64,000 nt of DNA from a plasmid. The stretch is from the sequence record CP132319.1; one strand, given 5' to 3'. The position numbers and the translations under genes were made by a program. The stretch's first letter is position 1; each line of letters begins with the position of its first letter. Below the pieces are notes generated by a model, which was not told where the DNA came from, ran no database searches, and was given only the letters and a program-made list of their open reading frames with translations. Positions 1-9,519 of the stretch are shown here, piece after piece.

Positions 1-24
1 GTGGATCAGCACGAGGTTTCGCAG

Positions 25-40
25 CTTAACAGCTGTTAAG
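25..40. repeat. parS: 16-bp perfect palindrome CTTAACAGCTGTTAAG upstream of repA; parS-like centromere site of a repABC replicon (copy 1)
   Basis: Perfect palindrome read directly in the sequence; an identical copy lies at 94..109; it sits just upstream of repA, as known repABC par sites do. Confidence 0.55.
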
Positions 41-93
41 TAGCGACCGATGCGGCCAGTCATATCGCCGAGAACTGTGCCATCTCAGGCGAA

Positions 94-109
94 CTTAACA
101 GCTGTTAAG
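94..109. repeat. parS: Second copy of the 16-bp palindrome CTTAACAGCTGTTAAG (parS-like)
   Basis: Identical to the sequence at 25..40. Confidence 0.55.
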
Positions 110-227
110 TCGCTAATTTCTGATCACTTGAATTCCATATCAGTGATATGTGTGGTTCCGCACGCCGCCTGCGTTAACCTTTCGTTAACGAAAAACGCCT
201 TGAAGAATCGGATTCTGTCTGGCATCC

Positions 228-1490
228 ATGACGGAAATGATCGCGTATCGCGTCCAAAACCGTCAAGAGGAAGAAATGCTTCAACCGGCTTCTCGAAGCG
301 TCACCGATACGGCATCGAAGATCGGCAATTACACGTCGAAGCTTTCCGCGGAACTGCATGAGATGCGCGAAGGTTTCTATCCGCCGACCGCGAAGAAGAC
401 GTTTGCGCGCACCTTCTCGACGACCGACCTCGTGCGACTGCTCAAAGTACCTGAAAGCACGTTGCGGCAGCTCACCATCGAGGGGAAGGGGCCAGTACCT
501 GAGCGGGCCGACAACAATCGACGCACCTATACCGTTGAACAGGTGAGAGAGTTGCGCGCATTTCTCGCGGAGCTTCGTCCGGACGATGCCCAAACTCTGC
601 TGCCCCATCGGCGTGCGGGGGAGAAACTGCAAATAATCGCGACAGCGAATTTCAAGGGCGGCAGTTCCAAGACGACGACTTCCATCCACCTTGCCCATTT
701 TCTTGGCCTCCAAGGCTATCGCGTTCTTTGCATTGACCTGGACCCCCAAGCGTCAATGACGGCATTGTTCGGGCTCCAGCCGGAATTCGATCTCGGGGAG
801 AATGAAACGGCCTATGCTGCGATCCGGTATGATAACGACCGACGGCCGCTGACAGAGGTTATCCGGACCACGTATTTTCCTGGGGTCGATCTCGTCCCTG
901 GAAATCTGGAACTCATGGACTTTGAGTTCGACACCCCTTCCTACCTCTCGCAGAAAAATCGTGATGATCTCGGACTGTTCTTTGAACGGCTCAACAATGC
1001 GATCGCTGGCGTAGAGGATCGATACGACATCGTGATTCTCGATACGCCCCCGTCGCTCGGCTACTCCACGCTTGCAGCACTTTATGCAGCTACGTCCCTG
1101 ATCATCACGGTCCATCCCGCCATGCTGGATGTTGCGTCGTGCAATCAGTTTCTCATCATGATCTCCGATCTCAGTGAAACCTTGGCGCAGTTCGGTGCCC
1201 GTTTCGAGCACGACTTCTTCCGTTTCCTATTGACCCGCGTAAACCCGAACGATGGGCCGCAGAAATATATGTCGGGAGTTATGCGCCGTCTCTTTGGAGG
1301 CGACGTTCTGGTTGCCGATGCCTTGGAATCGACCGCCATCGCCGGTGCGGCAGTCGCCAAGAAGACCCTCTACGAGCTTGAAGCAGGCGAGGTCGGCCGA
1401 GAAGCGCTCAAGCGGGCTATCGAGAGCGCCGACCGCGTTAATTTCGAAATTCTTGAACTCGTTCACAAGGTTTGGGGGCGTAGCGCATGA
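228..1490 (+). CDS. repA: RepA, ParA-family partition ATPase of a repABC replicon
   Basis: Deviant Walker A motif KGGSSKTTTSIHLAHFLGLQGYRVLCIDLDPQASMT; about 400 aa; 4-nt overlap with the following repB. The start may instead be the internal Met at 276. Confidence 0.9.
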   Translation: MTEMIAYRVQNRQEEEMLQPASRSVTDTASKIGNYTSKLSAELHEMREGFYPPTAKKTFARTFSTTDLVRLLKVPESTLRQLTIEGKGPVPERADNNRRTYTVEQVRELRAFLAELRPDDAQTLLPHRRAGEKLQIIATANFKGGSSKTTTSIHLAHFLGLQGYRVLCIDLDPQASMTALFGLQPEFDLGENETAYAAIRYDNDRRPLTEVIRTTYFPGVDLVPGNLELMDFEFDTPSYLSQKNRDDLGLFFERLNNAIAGVEDRYDIVILDTPPSLGYSTLAALYAATSLIITVHPAMLDVASCNQFLIMISDLSETLAQFGARFEHDFFRFLLTRVNPNDGPQKYMSGVMRRLFGGDVLVADALESTAIAGAAVAKKTLYELEAGEVGREALKRAIESADRVNFEILELVHKVWGRSA

Positions 1491-2491
1491 AGAAGAGCAT
1501 ACTCCAACGGATGGCGGCGGATGCCGAGAATCGCGGTGATGCAGCTCCTGCCAGTGATGGGACGGACAGGATTGGCCTTACTCGTCGCCACTCGTCGCCC
1601 GTCATTTCCAACGTAGGAAGGGCGCTTTCCCACCTCAGCGAAGACGTCATTGTCTCTCTCGATCCCTCGAAAGTAGATGCTTCACCCTTCAAGGACAGGT
1701 TTGAGTACGATGCAGAAGCCGATGAAAAATTCGGTGCCTTGAAGTTCTCAATAGCCACGGAAGGCCAGAGAATCCCGGTCCTTGTCCGGCCTCATCCAAC
1801 CAAGAGCGATCACTATCAGCTTGCTTATGGGCGCCGTAGGCGTGATGCCATTTTGGCGATCATGGCGGAGGCTGATCGTCCTGAAACCATCAAGATCAAG
1901 GCCTATGTGCGTGACCTGACCGATCGCCAGTTGATCGAGGAGCAAACGCTCGAAAATGGTCCACGAGAGGATCTCAGCTGGATCGAGAAAGCTATGTGGG
2001 CCGTGCAGCTGAAAGGCAGCGGTATTTCTCAGCGTGAAATCGCTTCGATCATGGGGCTATCCGAAGTCGCGGTCTCACAAATGTTCCGCGTAACGTCCGC
2101 CATTCCGGAAGACATCATCTTTGCAATAGGCCGCGCTCAGGCAGCGGGCCGCCCGAAATGGACCGCGTTTGCAGAACTGCTGAAGGACGCGAGCAAGATT
2201 GACGCCGTCCGAAAAATTGTCCCCACGGCCGAGTTTCAACAGGCAGACGGTGCTGGGCGTATTTCCCTGGCAATGCGGGCGACCACCTCGCCGGTGTCTC
2301 AGGCGGAAGAACACGTACAGGAAGAAATCCTTGATTTCGTCATTGGCGGCCGTGTTTTCGGCCGCATGAAATCTACCTTGTCGGGAACGATCGTGACGAT
2401 CCCGAAAAAGGAGCAGGTCTTTGCGCGGTGGCTGGCAGAACGAATGCCGGAGCTGATGCGTGAGTTCAACGCGGCCGATCCCTCGCAGTAA
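1487..2491 (+). CDS. repB: RepB, ParB-family partition protein
   Basis: Position directly after repA with ATGA overlap; 334 aa; ParB-like middle region. Confidence 0.85.
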   Translation: MKKSILQRMAADAENRGDAAPASDGTDRIGLTRRHSSPVISNVGRALSHLSEDVIVSLDPSKVDASPFKDRFEYDAEADEKFGALKFSIATEGQRIPVLVRPHPTKSDHYQLAYGRRRRDAILAIMAEADRPETIKIKAYVRDLTDRQLIEEQTLENGPREDLSWIEKAMWAVQLKGSGISQREIASIMGLSEVAVSQMFRVTSAIPEDIIFAIGRAQAAGRPKWTAFAELLKDASKIDAVRKIVPTAEFQQADGAGRISLAMRATTSPVSQAEEHVQEEILDFVIGGRVFGRMKSTLSGTIVTIPKKEQVFARWLAERMPELMREFNAADPSQ

Positions 2492-2529
2492 GCGGGGTTT
2501 CGGCTGAGAAAATCAATTGGTCGGAAGGA

Positions 2530-2640
2530 GAGACCGCCGCAAAAGAAAAAGACCCCCAAAGCGTTACCGCCGTGGAAGTCTTCCTCTGATCTAAGCACCC
2601 AGAGAATCGCATTTCCACGAATCACAGTCAAGAGTCTTTG
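2530..2640 (-). ncRNA. Candidate antisense ctRNA of the repB-repC intergenic region (approximate limits)
   Basis: repABC plasmids encode a small antisense RNA between repB and repC. On the minus strand there is a hairpin (GGAAGACTTCC...) followed by GGGGGTCTTTTTCTTTT (T-run) near 2547-2565 on the plus strand. Limits are not determinable without mapping. Confidence 0.35.
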
Positions 2641-2690
2641 GCGCCGTTTTGGTGAGTGGATTTCTTTTGCCTTTTGAGAGGTGAAGGAAA

Positions 2691-3905
2691 ATGCAGATAG
2701 GACGTGTAGCAACGCCCCACGGGCGGCCGATGACGCTTGCCTTGGTGAGAGGTCAGCTCGAAACGGCTGATCGCCGCCCGAGCAAGGCGGTCAACAAATG
2801 GAAGGTCTTCAACGACATCGGCGAGACGAAGGACGTTTTCGGCCTTCAGGATCGTTCAATCACTGTTCTGCAGGCGCTGCTGAGCTTCTATCCAAGCGAC
2901 GAGCTTTGCGATGAAAGCGGCGGCCTTGTCGTGTTCCCATCAAACAGCCAGTTGTCCATGCGCGCCCACGGCATTGCCGGCACGACCTTGCGCCGACACC
3001 TCGCGGCGCTGGTAGACGCCGGTTTGATCGAACGTCGCGATAGCCCGAACGGCAAGCGCTATGCGCATCGGGGCAGGGGAGGGGAGATCGAGGCCGCATT
3101 CGGCTTCAGCCTGGCGCCCCTGCTTGCCCGTGCGAGCGAGTTGGCCAGCCTTGCGCAGCAGGTCGCCGCAGAGCGCCTTCAGTTCAAGCGCGCCAAAGAA
3201 GCGTTGTCGCTTTGCCGGCGCGATGTCCGCAAGCTCATCTCCGCGGCCATGGAAGAGGGCGCTGATGGTGATTGGGCGACGATCGAAGCTATGTTCATCG
3301 GCCTCCTGGCGCGTCTCCCGCGCTCGCCTCACCGCGAAGACGTCGATGCGGTGCTCGAAGAAATGGAGTTTTTGCGCGAGGAAATCATCAACCGCTTGGA
3401 AATTCAGGTAAAAGCAGAAAAAATGGACGTCTATGACCACCATAACGGTCGTCACATACAGAATTCAAAACCCGAATCCTTCCATGAACTTGAACCTCGC
3501 TCAGAAAAAGAGCAGGGCGAGAAGCCGAGCAAGAAACCGAAACAGATCGCCGAGCCGCTGAAGGCATTCCCGTTATCGCTGGTGCTGAGAGCGTGCCCGC
3601 AGATTGCCGATTACGCGGCGGGCGGGCGGGTTGAAACCTGGCGCGACCTAATGTCGGCCGCGGTCTTGGTCCGGTCGATGCTGGGCGTCAGCCCGTCGGC
3701 CTATCAGGAGGCGTGCGAGGTGATGGGGCCTGAAAATGCTGCGGTTGCCGTCGCCTGCATCCTGGAGCGTGCCGAGCACATCACTTCCCCCGGCGGCTAC
3801 CTGCGCGATCTCACCCGCAAGTCGGCGCGCGGTGAATTCGGCCTTGGGCCGATGCTGATGGCCGCGCTCAGGGCGAATGGCGAAGGCGAGAAGCGAAGCG
3901 CATGA
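2691..3905 (+). CDS. repC: RepC replication initiator
   Basis: 404 aa; typical RepC N-terminus (MQIGRVATP...FGLQDRSITVLQALLSFYP); good SD (GGTGAAGGAAA) before the ATG; last gene of repABC. Confidence 0.9.
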   Translation: MQIGRVATPHGRPMTLALVRGQLETADRRPSKAVNKWKVFNDIGETKDVFGLQDRSITVLQALLSFYPSDELCDESGGLVVFPSNSQLSMRAHGIAGTTLRRHLAALVDAGLIERRDSPNGKRYAHRGRGGEIEAAFGFSLAPLLARASELASLAQQVAAERLQFKRAKEALSLCRRDVRKLISAAMEEGADGDWATIEAMFIGLLARLPRSPHREDVDAVLEEMEFLREEIINRLEIQVKAEKMDVYDHHNGRHIQNSKPESFHELEPRSEKEQGEKPSKKPKQIAEPLKAFPLSLVLRACPQIADYAAGGRVETWRDLMSAAVLVRSMLGVSPSAYQEACEVMGPENAAVAVACILERAEHITSPGGYLRDLTRKSARGEFGLGPMLMAALRANGEGEKRSA

Positions 3906-3925
3906 TCGCCCGCCTCCTGCCCGCA

Positions 3926-4306
3926 TCAAGAAATGTCGGGGATCCGATCGGCAATCTTCAGCAGATAGTCATCGATGGCTTCCTCGATGTAGCTGTTAAA
4001 CTTGCGCCGCTCGATAGCGGCGAGGATCTTCAGCTTCTTGTGGACCTCGACGCGGATATGGATACCGGTCGTGACCTTCTCGGTGTCCCGGAAACGCTTA
4101 CCGGCGATGGGATCGCGGCTTTCGCCCTTAGCGACCAGGTCGCGGAACTGGGTCCGGCCGGCCGCCGCTATTGGCGATGCGCCACCATCATCGTCGGTTT
4201 TCGCCGGCGGAGGAGAGGCCATGGGCTTTTCGCGGACGGATGGCCGGTCGCGGCCGGTCGAGATCAGCCCGAGGACGAGATTCTTGCTGTCCGATCCTTC
4301 GCTCAT
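3926..4306 (-). CDS. ParG-like ribbon-helix-helix centromere-binding protein (type Ib partition), long disordered N-tail
   Basis: 126 aa; the C-terminal IRVEVHKKLKILAAIERRKFNSYIEEAIDDYL matches a beta-strand plus two-helix RHH fold; it lies immediately downstream of, and overlaps, a small ParA gene. Confidence 0.6.
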   Translation of the reverse strand: MSEGSDSKNLVLGLISTGRDRPSVREKPMASPPPAKTDDDGGASPIAAAGRTQFRDLVAKGESRDPIAGKRFRDTEKVTTGIHIRVEVHKKLKILAAIERRKFNSYIEEAIDDYLLKIADRIPDIS

Positions 4307-4986
4307 AGCAGAGCCTCCTTCGCCGTCGACCTGTAGAGGGTGAGCAGCTCGCCGAGTAGCGTTTCCATCTCGGCGATTGCCTTCGGGTCGGATTTCGCGG
4401 CGGTCTGGAGCGTGCCGGCGGCGCCGATCGACTGATAGGAGGCGCGCCGGGCGATCGTCTGCGACGCAAGGGCGACACCGCTCTCCCGCAGGATTTCGCG
4501 CAGCGGCTCGTGGGCCTTGGCCCGGCCGGTGACAAGGTCATGCTGGTTGATGACGATCATCGCCGGCAGCTTGCGTTTCTGGTCTTCCTCGACCACCGGA
4601 ATATGGTTCAGTGCAAGCTGCATTCCGGCGACCACATCATCCTGGGTGGTTTGTAGCGGGATCAGAACGATGTCGGCACAATAGAGACCGGCGAACAGGT
4701 TTTCGTTCGTGGTTCCCTCGATATCGATGAAGACGATCTTTCCTTCGAATTGGCGCTCCAGCGCCATCTTGTAGATCCGGTTCGGGTCGAGGCAGCTTAC
4801 CGCCTCCAGCCGGTCCGGCCAGACGTTCATCTGTTTCGACATCGTGACCCAGCGCATGGTGTTGGCGCGGCTGTCTGCGTCGATCAGAAACACGTCGTTG
4901 CCAGCATGGGCGGCCGTTCCTGACAACGCCCGGACAAGCGTGGTTTTCCCGGTTCCGCCTTTCGGGTTGGCGATGGTGACGATCAT
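4303..4986 (-). CDS. Small ParA/ParF-family ATPase (second partition system)
   Basis: 227 aa; N-terminal Walker A MIVTIANPKGGTGKTT; RBS AAGGAGCC before the ATG; 4-nt overlap with the parG-like gene. Confidence 0.85.
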   Translation of the reverse strand: MIVTIANPKGGTGKTTLVRALSGTAAHAGNDVFLIDADSRANTMRWVTMSKQMNVWPDRLEAVSCLDPNRIYKMALERQFEGKIVFIDIEGTTNENLFAGLYCADIVLIPLQTTQDDVVAGMQLALNHIPVVEEDQKRKLPAMIVINQHDLVTGRAKAHEPLREILRESGVALASQTIARRASYQSIGAAGTLQTAAKSDPKAIAEMETLLGELLTLYRSTAKEALL

Positions 4987-5005
4987 TGTGGCTCCTTATA
5001 GTGGT

Positions 5006-5018
5006 AAACTATATTTAA
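5006..5018. repeat. TAAACTATATTTA; left arm of a 12-bp inverted repeat flanking the parA-mobC intergenic region
   Basis: Its reverse complement AAATATAGTTTA is found at 5326..5337. Confidence 0.5.
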
Positions 5019-5039
5019 TTCCTTCGTCCTCTCTCCGCA

Positions 5040-5245
5040 ACGAAATCGTTGCCCGTTGTTCATTGCCCATTGACGATTGACGATTGATGACTGCCCGCTG
5101 ACAACGGGCAACGGTGAACGGGCAATCATCAATTGCCCGTTGATTATGAGCAATTTCCCTTTTGTAACTAACCGTTGTTAATGGGTAATTGCCAATTAAC
5201 CGCGATGCCGCTGTTAACCCGAGCACGAACAACGGGCAATTGTTG
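5040..5245. repeat. Iterated ~10-bp motif TTGCCCGTTG / CAACGGGCAA, at least 8 copies in both orientations; centromere/operator-like array upstream of the small parA
   Basis: Copies read at about 5049, 5065, 5090, 5102, 5117, 5132, 5179 (degenerate) and 5230; locally AT-rich. Confidence 0.6.
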
Positions 5246-5325
5246 ATATGAAGCGTATTGGCGGGGAAGCTTCGTCCAGGCAGGGGATCGAGAGCGCTTG
5301 TCCGTTTGAAGCTGTTTTGGTGGAT

Positions 5326-5337
5326 AAAATATAGTTT
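5326..5337. repeat. AAATATAGTTTA; right arm of the 12-bp inverted repeat
   Basis: Reverse complement of 5006..5017. Confidence 0.5.
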
Positions 5338-5466
5338 AGTTTTATGTGGCAGGATAGTCAAGTTTGTGGTACAAACTCGACGTCGCCCCGCCTCCGGCAG
5401 GGCAGTGGTTCGCGCCTCTGGCGCTCCGGGTCGCCTCCGGCAACCTGGCAAGCGGGAAGGAAAAGA

Positions 5467-5834
5467 TGCGGAGCGAGGTGTTGAGGGTCCGACTGCAGCC
5501 AGAGGAGCGCGATGCGCTCGCCGCGCTGTGCGAGGAAGGGCGCACCGCCAGCGACGTCATCCGGCTGCTGTTTCGCGAACAGGCGGGCCTTCCGCTCCCG
5601 GTCGGGCCAGCCGAGGCCGACGCCCTGCGCGGGACGAACGAGGAACTGCGGCGCATCGGCATCAACCTCAACCAAGCGGTCCGGGCGATGAACGAGGGTC
5701 GCGTCGGTTACGAACCGCATCTCGACGCGGCCCTGCGCACCCTCCTCGATGGCGTGTTCCGGCTGCGCGCCGACGTCGATCTGATGCTGCGGATCAGCCG
5801 CAAGGAGCGGAGGGGAGCTGGCCGTGGCGCATGA
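5467..5834 (+). CDS. mobC: MobC-family relaxosome accessory protein
   Basis: Motif RIGINLNQAVRAMN, typical of the MobC family; RBS GGAAGG before the ATG at 5467 (the six-frame ORF begins earlier, at a TTG at 5364); overlaps the relaxase start. Confidence 0.8.
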
Positions 5835-8397
5835 CTGGTCCGGACTGCTTGGTGAGATCGAGGCTTTTTCCGCCCGCCGCGCCACCTCGTTGATCGACGA
5901 GGAAGAGGAGCTGCGTCGCCGGCGCGTGATCGGGGTCGCTCTGTCGGGCGGGGAGCCGCCGCGCCGATTTGTAGCCAAGGGCATCGCGAGCAAGGCGCAC
6001 CCTGGCGCCGTGTCGAGAAGTGAGCCGACAATCGCGTCGATCCTGCAAGCGCCGCTGTCATCGCAAAAGGGTGTCATTGCGCTGGTCGGAGCTTTGGGTG
6101 TCGGCGACCAGAGGGGGGATGATGACGAGCTGAAGAAGTCGGCCGGCGGGGGAGGGGGCGGGGCGTCCTTTGCAGCCGCGCCCAGTGTCGCCCGTCCTCT
6201 GAGCGCGCGGGGCGCAGCGAAGGACAGGTCCAAAGCGGAGACGGCAAGCCGCGCGGCGATCGCCGCCGGTGCGCAGCCGGTGGTGATCAAGGTGACGTCG
6301 ACCGTATCGAGCCGGGCGTCGGCTGCTGGCCTGATGAACTATCTCGGCACACGGGAAGTCGAGAACGAAAACGGCGAGAAGGGCAAGGTGGATATCCCGG
6401 TTTACGATCAGGATGGCCTTGCCATCACCAGCCGCGAAGAGCGCGCCGCCGCGCTCGCGGAGTGGGGCGCGGATTTTCGCGACGCCTATGCGGTCAACGC
6501 GCTCGCGACCTTTTCCATCACCCTTTCCGATGAAGTCGACGACGACACGCTCCACGATGCCCTGAACGCCGCCTTCGGGTCGAAGCCCTTCCTCTATTCG
6601 CGACATCCGGACGGCAGGGTCTCGATCTATGCGGTGACCAATCTGCCGGCGAAGAAAATCGCCGGCGCGTTAAAGGCACGCGAGAAAGGCGAATGGCCGG
6701 CGCGCGCCTTGGAAAATACAGAGTCCGATTTCGCGCGCCGGCTGGCCGACGCCGGCGTGTCGGCCGAGGTCCGCATTCTCGGTGCAGCCGTTTCGGAGAA
6801 ATCCGGCCGCTACTTCCTCGAAAAGTTCCTGCGCACCGAGAAGTCCATCACCACCAGCGAAGGCGATCCGGTCAAGCGTGGTTCCAGCGTCAAGGAAAAG
6901 GCGGATGGCATCTGGCGCGCCTGGTCCTCGCACATTCGCACCGTTGAGCCGCGCAACGCGTTCCATGTCATCTTCTCGGCACGGGCCGGGACCGATCCGG
7001 AGGCGATGACCCGCGCTGTTCGGGATTTTCTTAGCGAGCAGGTCGCCGGCCATCGTTGGATCACCGCCCATCATCCCGATACCGGTCACGTCCACGTCCA
7101 TGTGATGATCTCGGCGCGCGACGATGTCGGCAAGGCGCTGCGGCTGACCAAGCCCGAGCTGTACGAATGGCGCGAGCGGTTTGCGACGAAGGCGCGGGAG
7201 CAGGGCATCGCTATGGTCGCCACCCGGCGTGCGGATGTGGCGGCCACGCGGCCCTATAGCCAAGCGCAGGCCGGCGCATATGAACGGGGCAGACAAGATC
7301 CTCGCTATCTCAAGACGCCGGCTGTCACCAATCGCGTCGAGCGCAAGCGTGCCGGCGTCGTCGATCGCGCGTCTCTCTCCAATGGAAACCTGGCGCTCGC
7401 CCCGAAATGGCAGGCGACCGCGAGCGCCCTGAAGCGGGCCGGCGCGGAACCTTCCGTGATTGCGGCGGCCGACCGGTTCGTAGCTGCGGTAACCGCTCAA
7501 GCACCGCATGCTGCTCGGGCCAGCGGCTTCGTCCTGCTCCGGTTGGACGTCGAACAGACCATGGAACGCGAGACGGTAGCTGTCATTATCGAGGGGGCCG
7601 TCGGCGTCGAGGCCAAGTTGATTTCCGCCGAGGGGAAGTCCGTCCGGGTTCTGGCGCCCACGACCGCGAGCGTCAGCAAGATCGAGCGCGAGCTAGCCAA
7701 GCAGAACGACGAGTTTGGCCCCGGTTCCGAGATGCGGTCCGTTGCCCGAGATTTCCAGGCGCGGTTGCTGGCGCATGGATTGCGCGCCGCCGTCATCGTC
7801 GAGGCGGCCGGCTCCGTCAAGCATGGTGCGCCGTCTCCTTGGCTGCAGAAGAAATTCGATGCCTTGGCGGGGCAGTCCGCTGCGCCGCCGGACGAGCCTT
7901 TGGCGGAATTCAAGACCCTGATCGCAACCATTCAACAACAGAAGGAAAAGGCCATGCCCCTATCGTTGGAACAGTTCGACGAGCGCGTCTCACGGGCGAA
8001 CAAATCCATGGACCGCCTGGAGACGATGGTCGATAGCAGCGCTGAGCGACAGGCCGTCGAGGAGATGCGCAAGGAAATCTCCGCGCTGTTCGAAGAGCAG
8101 CGTCGTGACATCCAGATGCAGCAGATGCGCTCGGTCAACGACACAGCGGGGGCAGGGGGCACGCCGCCGCCGGCGCGCGTCGACGAGGCGCGCACTCAGG
8201 ATCGGCCAGCGCCGGCAACGGTCGATCCCGCAATCGCGGCCCAGCAGCAGGCCATTGCCGCGGGTCGCGCTTCCCGCGCGGCGCGAGACCAGGCTGGCGC
8301 GTCGAGGGCTGCCCAGGACGAGCAGCGTCAGCAGATCCTTCGGCAGGCGGAACAGGAACGCCAGCGCGGCAACGACCGCGACGGGGCCGAACGGTAG
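5824..8397 (+). CDS. Conjugative relaxase (Relaxase/mobilisation nuclease domain) with Gly-rich N-extension and Ala/Gln-rich C-terminal tail
   Basis: Relaxase N-terminal motif VVIKVTS...AAGLMNYLGT; catalytic His triad region AHHPDTGHVHVHVMIS; 857 aa. Confidence 0.85.
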   Translation: MAHDWSGLLGEIEAFSARRATSLIDEEEELRRRRVIGVALSGGEPPRRFVAKGIASKAHPGAVSRSEPTIASILQAPLSSQKGVIALVGALGVGDQRGDDDELKKSAGGGGGGASFAAAPSVARPLSARGAAKDRSKAETASRAAIAAGAQPVVIKVTSTVSSRASAAGLMNYLGTREVENENGEKGKVDIPVYDQDGLAITSREERAAALAEWGADFRDAYAVNALATFSITLSDEVDDDTLHDALNAAFGSKPFLYSRHPDGRVSIYAVTNLPAKKIAGALKAREKGEWPARALENTESDFARRLADAGVSAEVRILGAAVSEKSGRYFLEKFLRTEKSITTSEGDPVKRGSSVKEKADGIWRAWSSHIRTVEPRNAFHVIFSARAGTDPEAMTRAVRDFLSEQVAGHRWITAHHPDTGHVHVHVMISARDDVGKALRLTKPELYEWRERFATKAREQGIAMVATRRADVAATRPYSQAQAGAYERGRQDPRYLKTPAVTNRVERKRAGVVDRASLSNGNLALAPKWQATASALKRAGAEPSVIAAADRFVAAVTAQAPHAARASGFVLLRLDVEQTMERETVAVIIEGAVGVEAKLISAEGKSVRVLAPTTASVSKIERELAKQNDEFGPGSEMRSVARDFQARLLAHGLRAAVIVEAAGSVKHGAPSPWLQKKFDALAGQSAAPPDEPLAEFKTLIATIQQQKEKAMPLSLEQFDERVSRANKSMDRLETMVDSSAERQAVEEMRKEISALFEEQRRDIQMQQMRSVNDTAGAGGTPPPARVDEARTQDRPAPATVDPAIAAQQQAIAAGRASRAARDQAGASRAAQDEQRQQILRQAEQERQRGNDRDGAER

Positions 8398-8407
8398 GTG
8401 CGCTTCC

Positions 8408-8626
8408 CTATTCCTCCATCAAGCCGTCGAAGACTTCCAAGAGGGCGTTGACGATGGCCTGGCCAAGCGCATTGGCAGAGACGGCAACCTCATCGTCGCC
8501 CTGGTCTCGGGTGGCGATCGCAAGGTTGCCGCCTTCCTCGGCGACAATCGCTTTCGCCCGCTCGATGGCCCAAAGAGCGAAATCGCTCCGGTTGGAGATC
8601 GTCATCGTCTCGGTGGTCTCATCCAT
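8408..8626 (-). CDS. Hypothetical small acidic protein
   Basis: ORF only (MDETTETMTISNRSDFALWAIERAK...); convergent with the relaxase; no recognisable motif. Confidence 0.3.
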   Translation of the reverse strand: MDETTETMTISNRSDFALWAIERAKAIVAEEGGNLAIATRDQGDDEVAVSANALGQAIVNALLEVFDGLMEE

Positions 8627-8849
8627 GGCGTTTACTCTCCGTCGGCGCAGCACAACCCGCTGTCAGTTTTCCTCTTGCTGAGATCCAGCCATATCGCTTG
8701 GCGGGTATCGGGGGAACCATCTTCAGAATCTTACCTTGGGACTGAATTCCGATCCCTGGGATATCCATGAAGCGGCGCATCATCTCGATACCGGCGGCGA
8801 TCGAGTGGATCTTCTCCGTCAGCGGTGCGATTTTCTCGCAAGCTTCCAT
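8619..8849 (-). mobile_element. Possible IS110-family transposase C-terminal remnant
   Basis: The translated fragment contains ...MRRFMDIPGIGIQSQGKIL..., resembling the IPGIG helix-hairpin-helix motif of IS110-type transposases; the rest is degenerate and no terminal repeats were found. Confidence 0.3.
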
Positions 8850-9056
8850 TACAGATGCAGCAATGGCAGTACATATGACCGCGGCTGTCGACCAAGCCGA
8901 CGGTGCGCAGGTGTATTTGGCCCGGAAGGATTGCGATAGGCATCCCCGATCAGACCCCTCTGTCCATTTCCTTGTGTCACATCTGCAGTCGAGTCACTGT
9001 TAGCGCAGTACCGTTCGTGCTATAAAGCAGGGGATCCAATCCCATTGGAGTGTCTC

Positions 9057-9428
9057 ATGAGACAGCTCGGCGCGATACTGACAGCGATCACTCTGGCGAC
9101 GCTTGGAACCGCGAGCGAAGCTCAAGAGCGACAGCCTTTTCATGTTGCCGAGTTCCCGGACAACAGGATTATCAGCTTGGCCATTCTCATGTCCGAAGCG
9201 TCCGCCGACTTGCAGTTTGATTACGACGTCGAGGTGGAGCTGACCGAGCATGACCCTGATGGCCAGACGATCTTTGCCGACGATGGGCACCATCTGGTTC
9301 GGGTGCGGTGCACGGCGCCGAGAGCTGTCAAGGTGGGGAGCATTCTTTACAAGCTGGGGACGCCTGCTGTGGCGGACGACTGGAAAGGAGACCTCTGGAA
9401 GACCCTCTGCTTCCAGCCTGTCTCATAG
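9057..9428 (+). CDS. Small secreted protein of unknown function (signal peptide); paralog of 57422..57790
   Basis: N-terminal signal LGAILTAITLATLGTASEAQ; clear homology to the ORF at 57422 (shared ...LWKTLCFQPVS end); convergent with cusF. Confidence 0.6.
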   Translation: MRQLGAILTAITLATLGTASEAQERQPFHVAEFPDNRIISLAILMSEASADLQFDYDVEVELTEHDPDGQTIFADDGHHLVRVRCTAPRAVKVGSILYKLGTPAVADDWKGDLWKTLCFQPVS

Positions 9429-9487
9429 TAGAGTTCAAAGCGGCAGCACGGGAGTCGAAAAGAAGTATTTTTCCTCTGAGCGAACAG

Positions 9488-9511
9488 CCGCGCCTCGTGC
9501 GAGGCGCGGCT
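9488..9511. terminator. Palindromic GC-rich hairpin GCCGCGCCTCGtgcGAGGCGCGGC between convergent genes (candidate bidirectional terminator)
   Basis: 10-bp perfect stem read in the sequence; lies downstream of both 9057..9428 (+) and cusF (-). Confidence 0.45.
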
Positions 9512-9519
9512 TCGCAGCC

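Noticed and set aside
5040-5245. Considered a CRISPR-like array because of the short repeated motif
   Set aside because: The repeats are only about 10 bp, occur in both orientations with irregular spacing, and there are no cas genes. They fit a partition centromere or operator, not CRISPR.
5358-6290. 310-aa minus-strand ORF over the mobC/relaxase start
   Set aside because: It is antisense to mobC and the relaxase and has a Pro/Ala/Arg-rich composition with no domain. mobC and the relaxase have clear family motifs.
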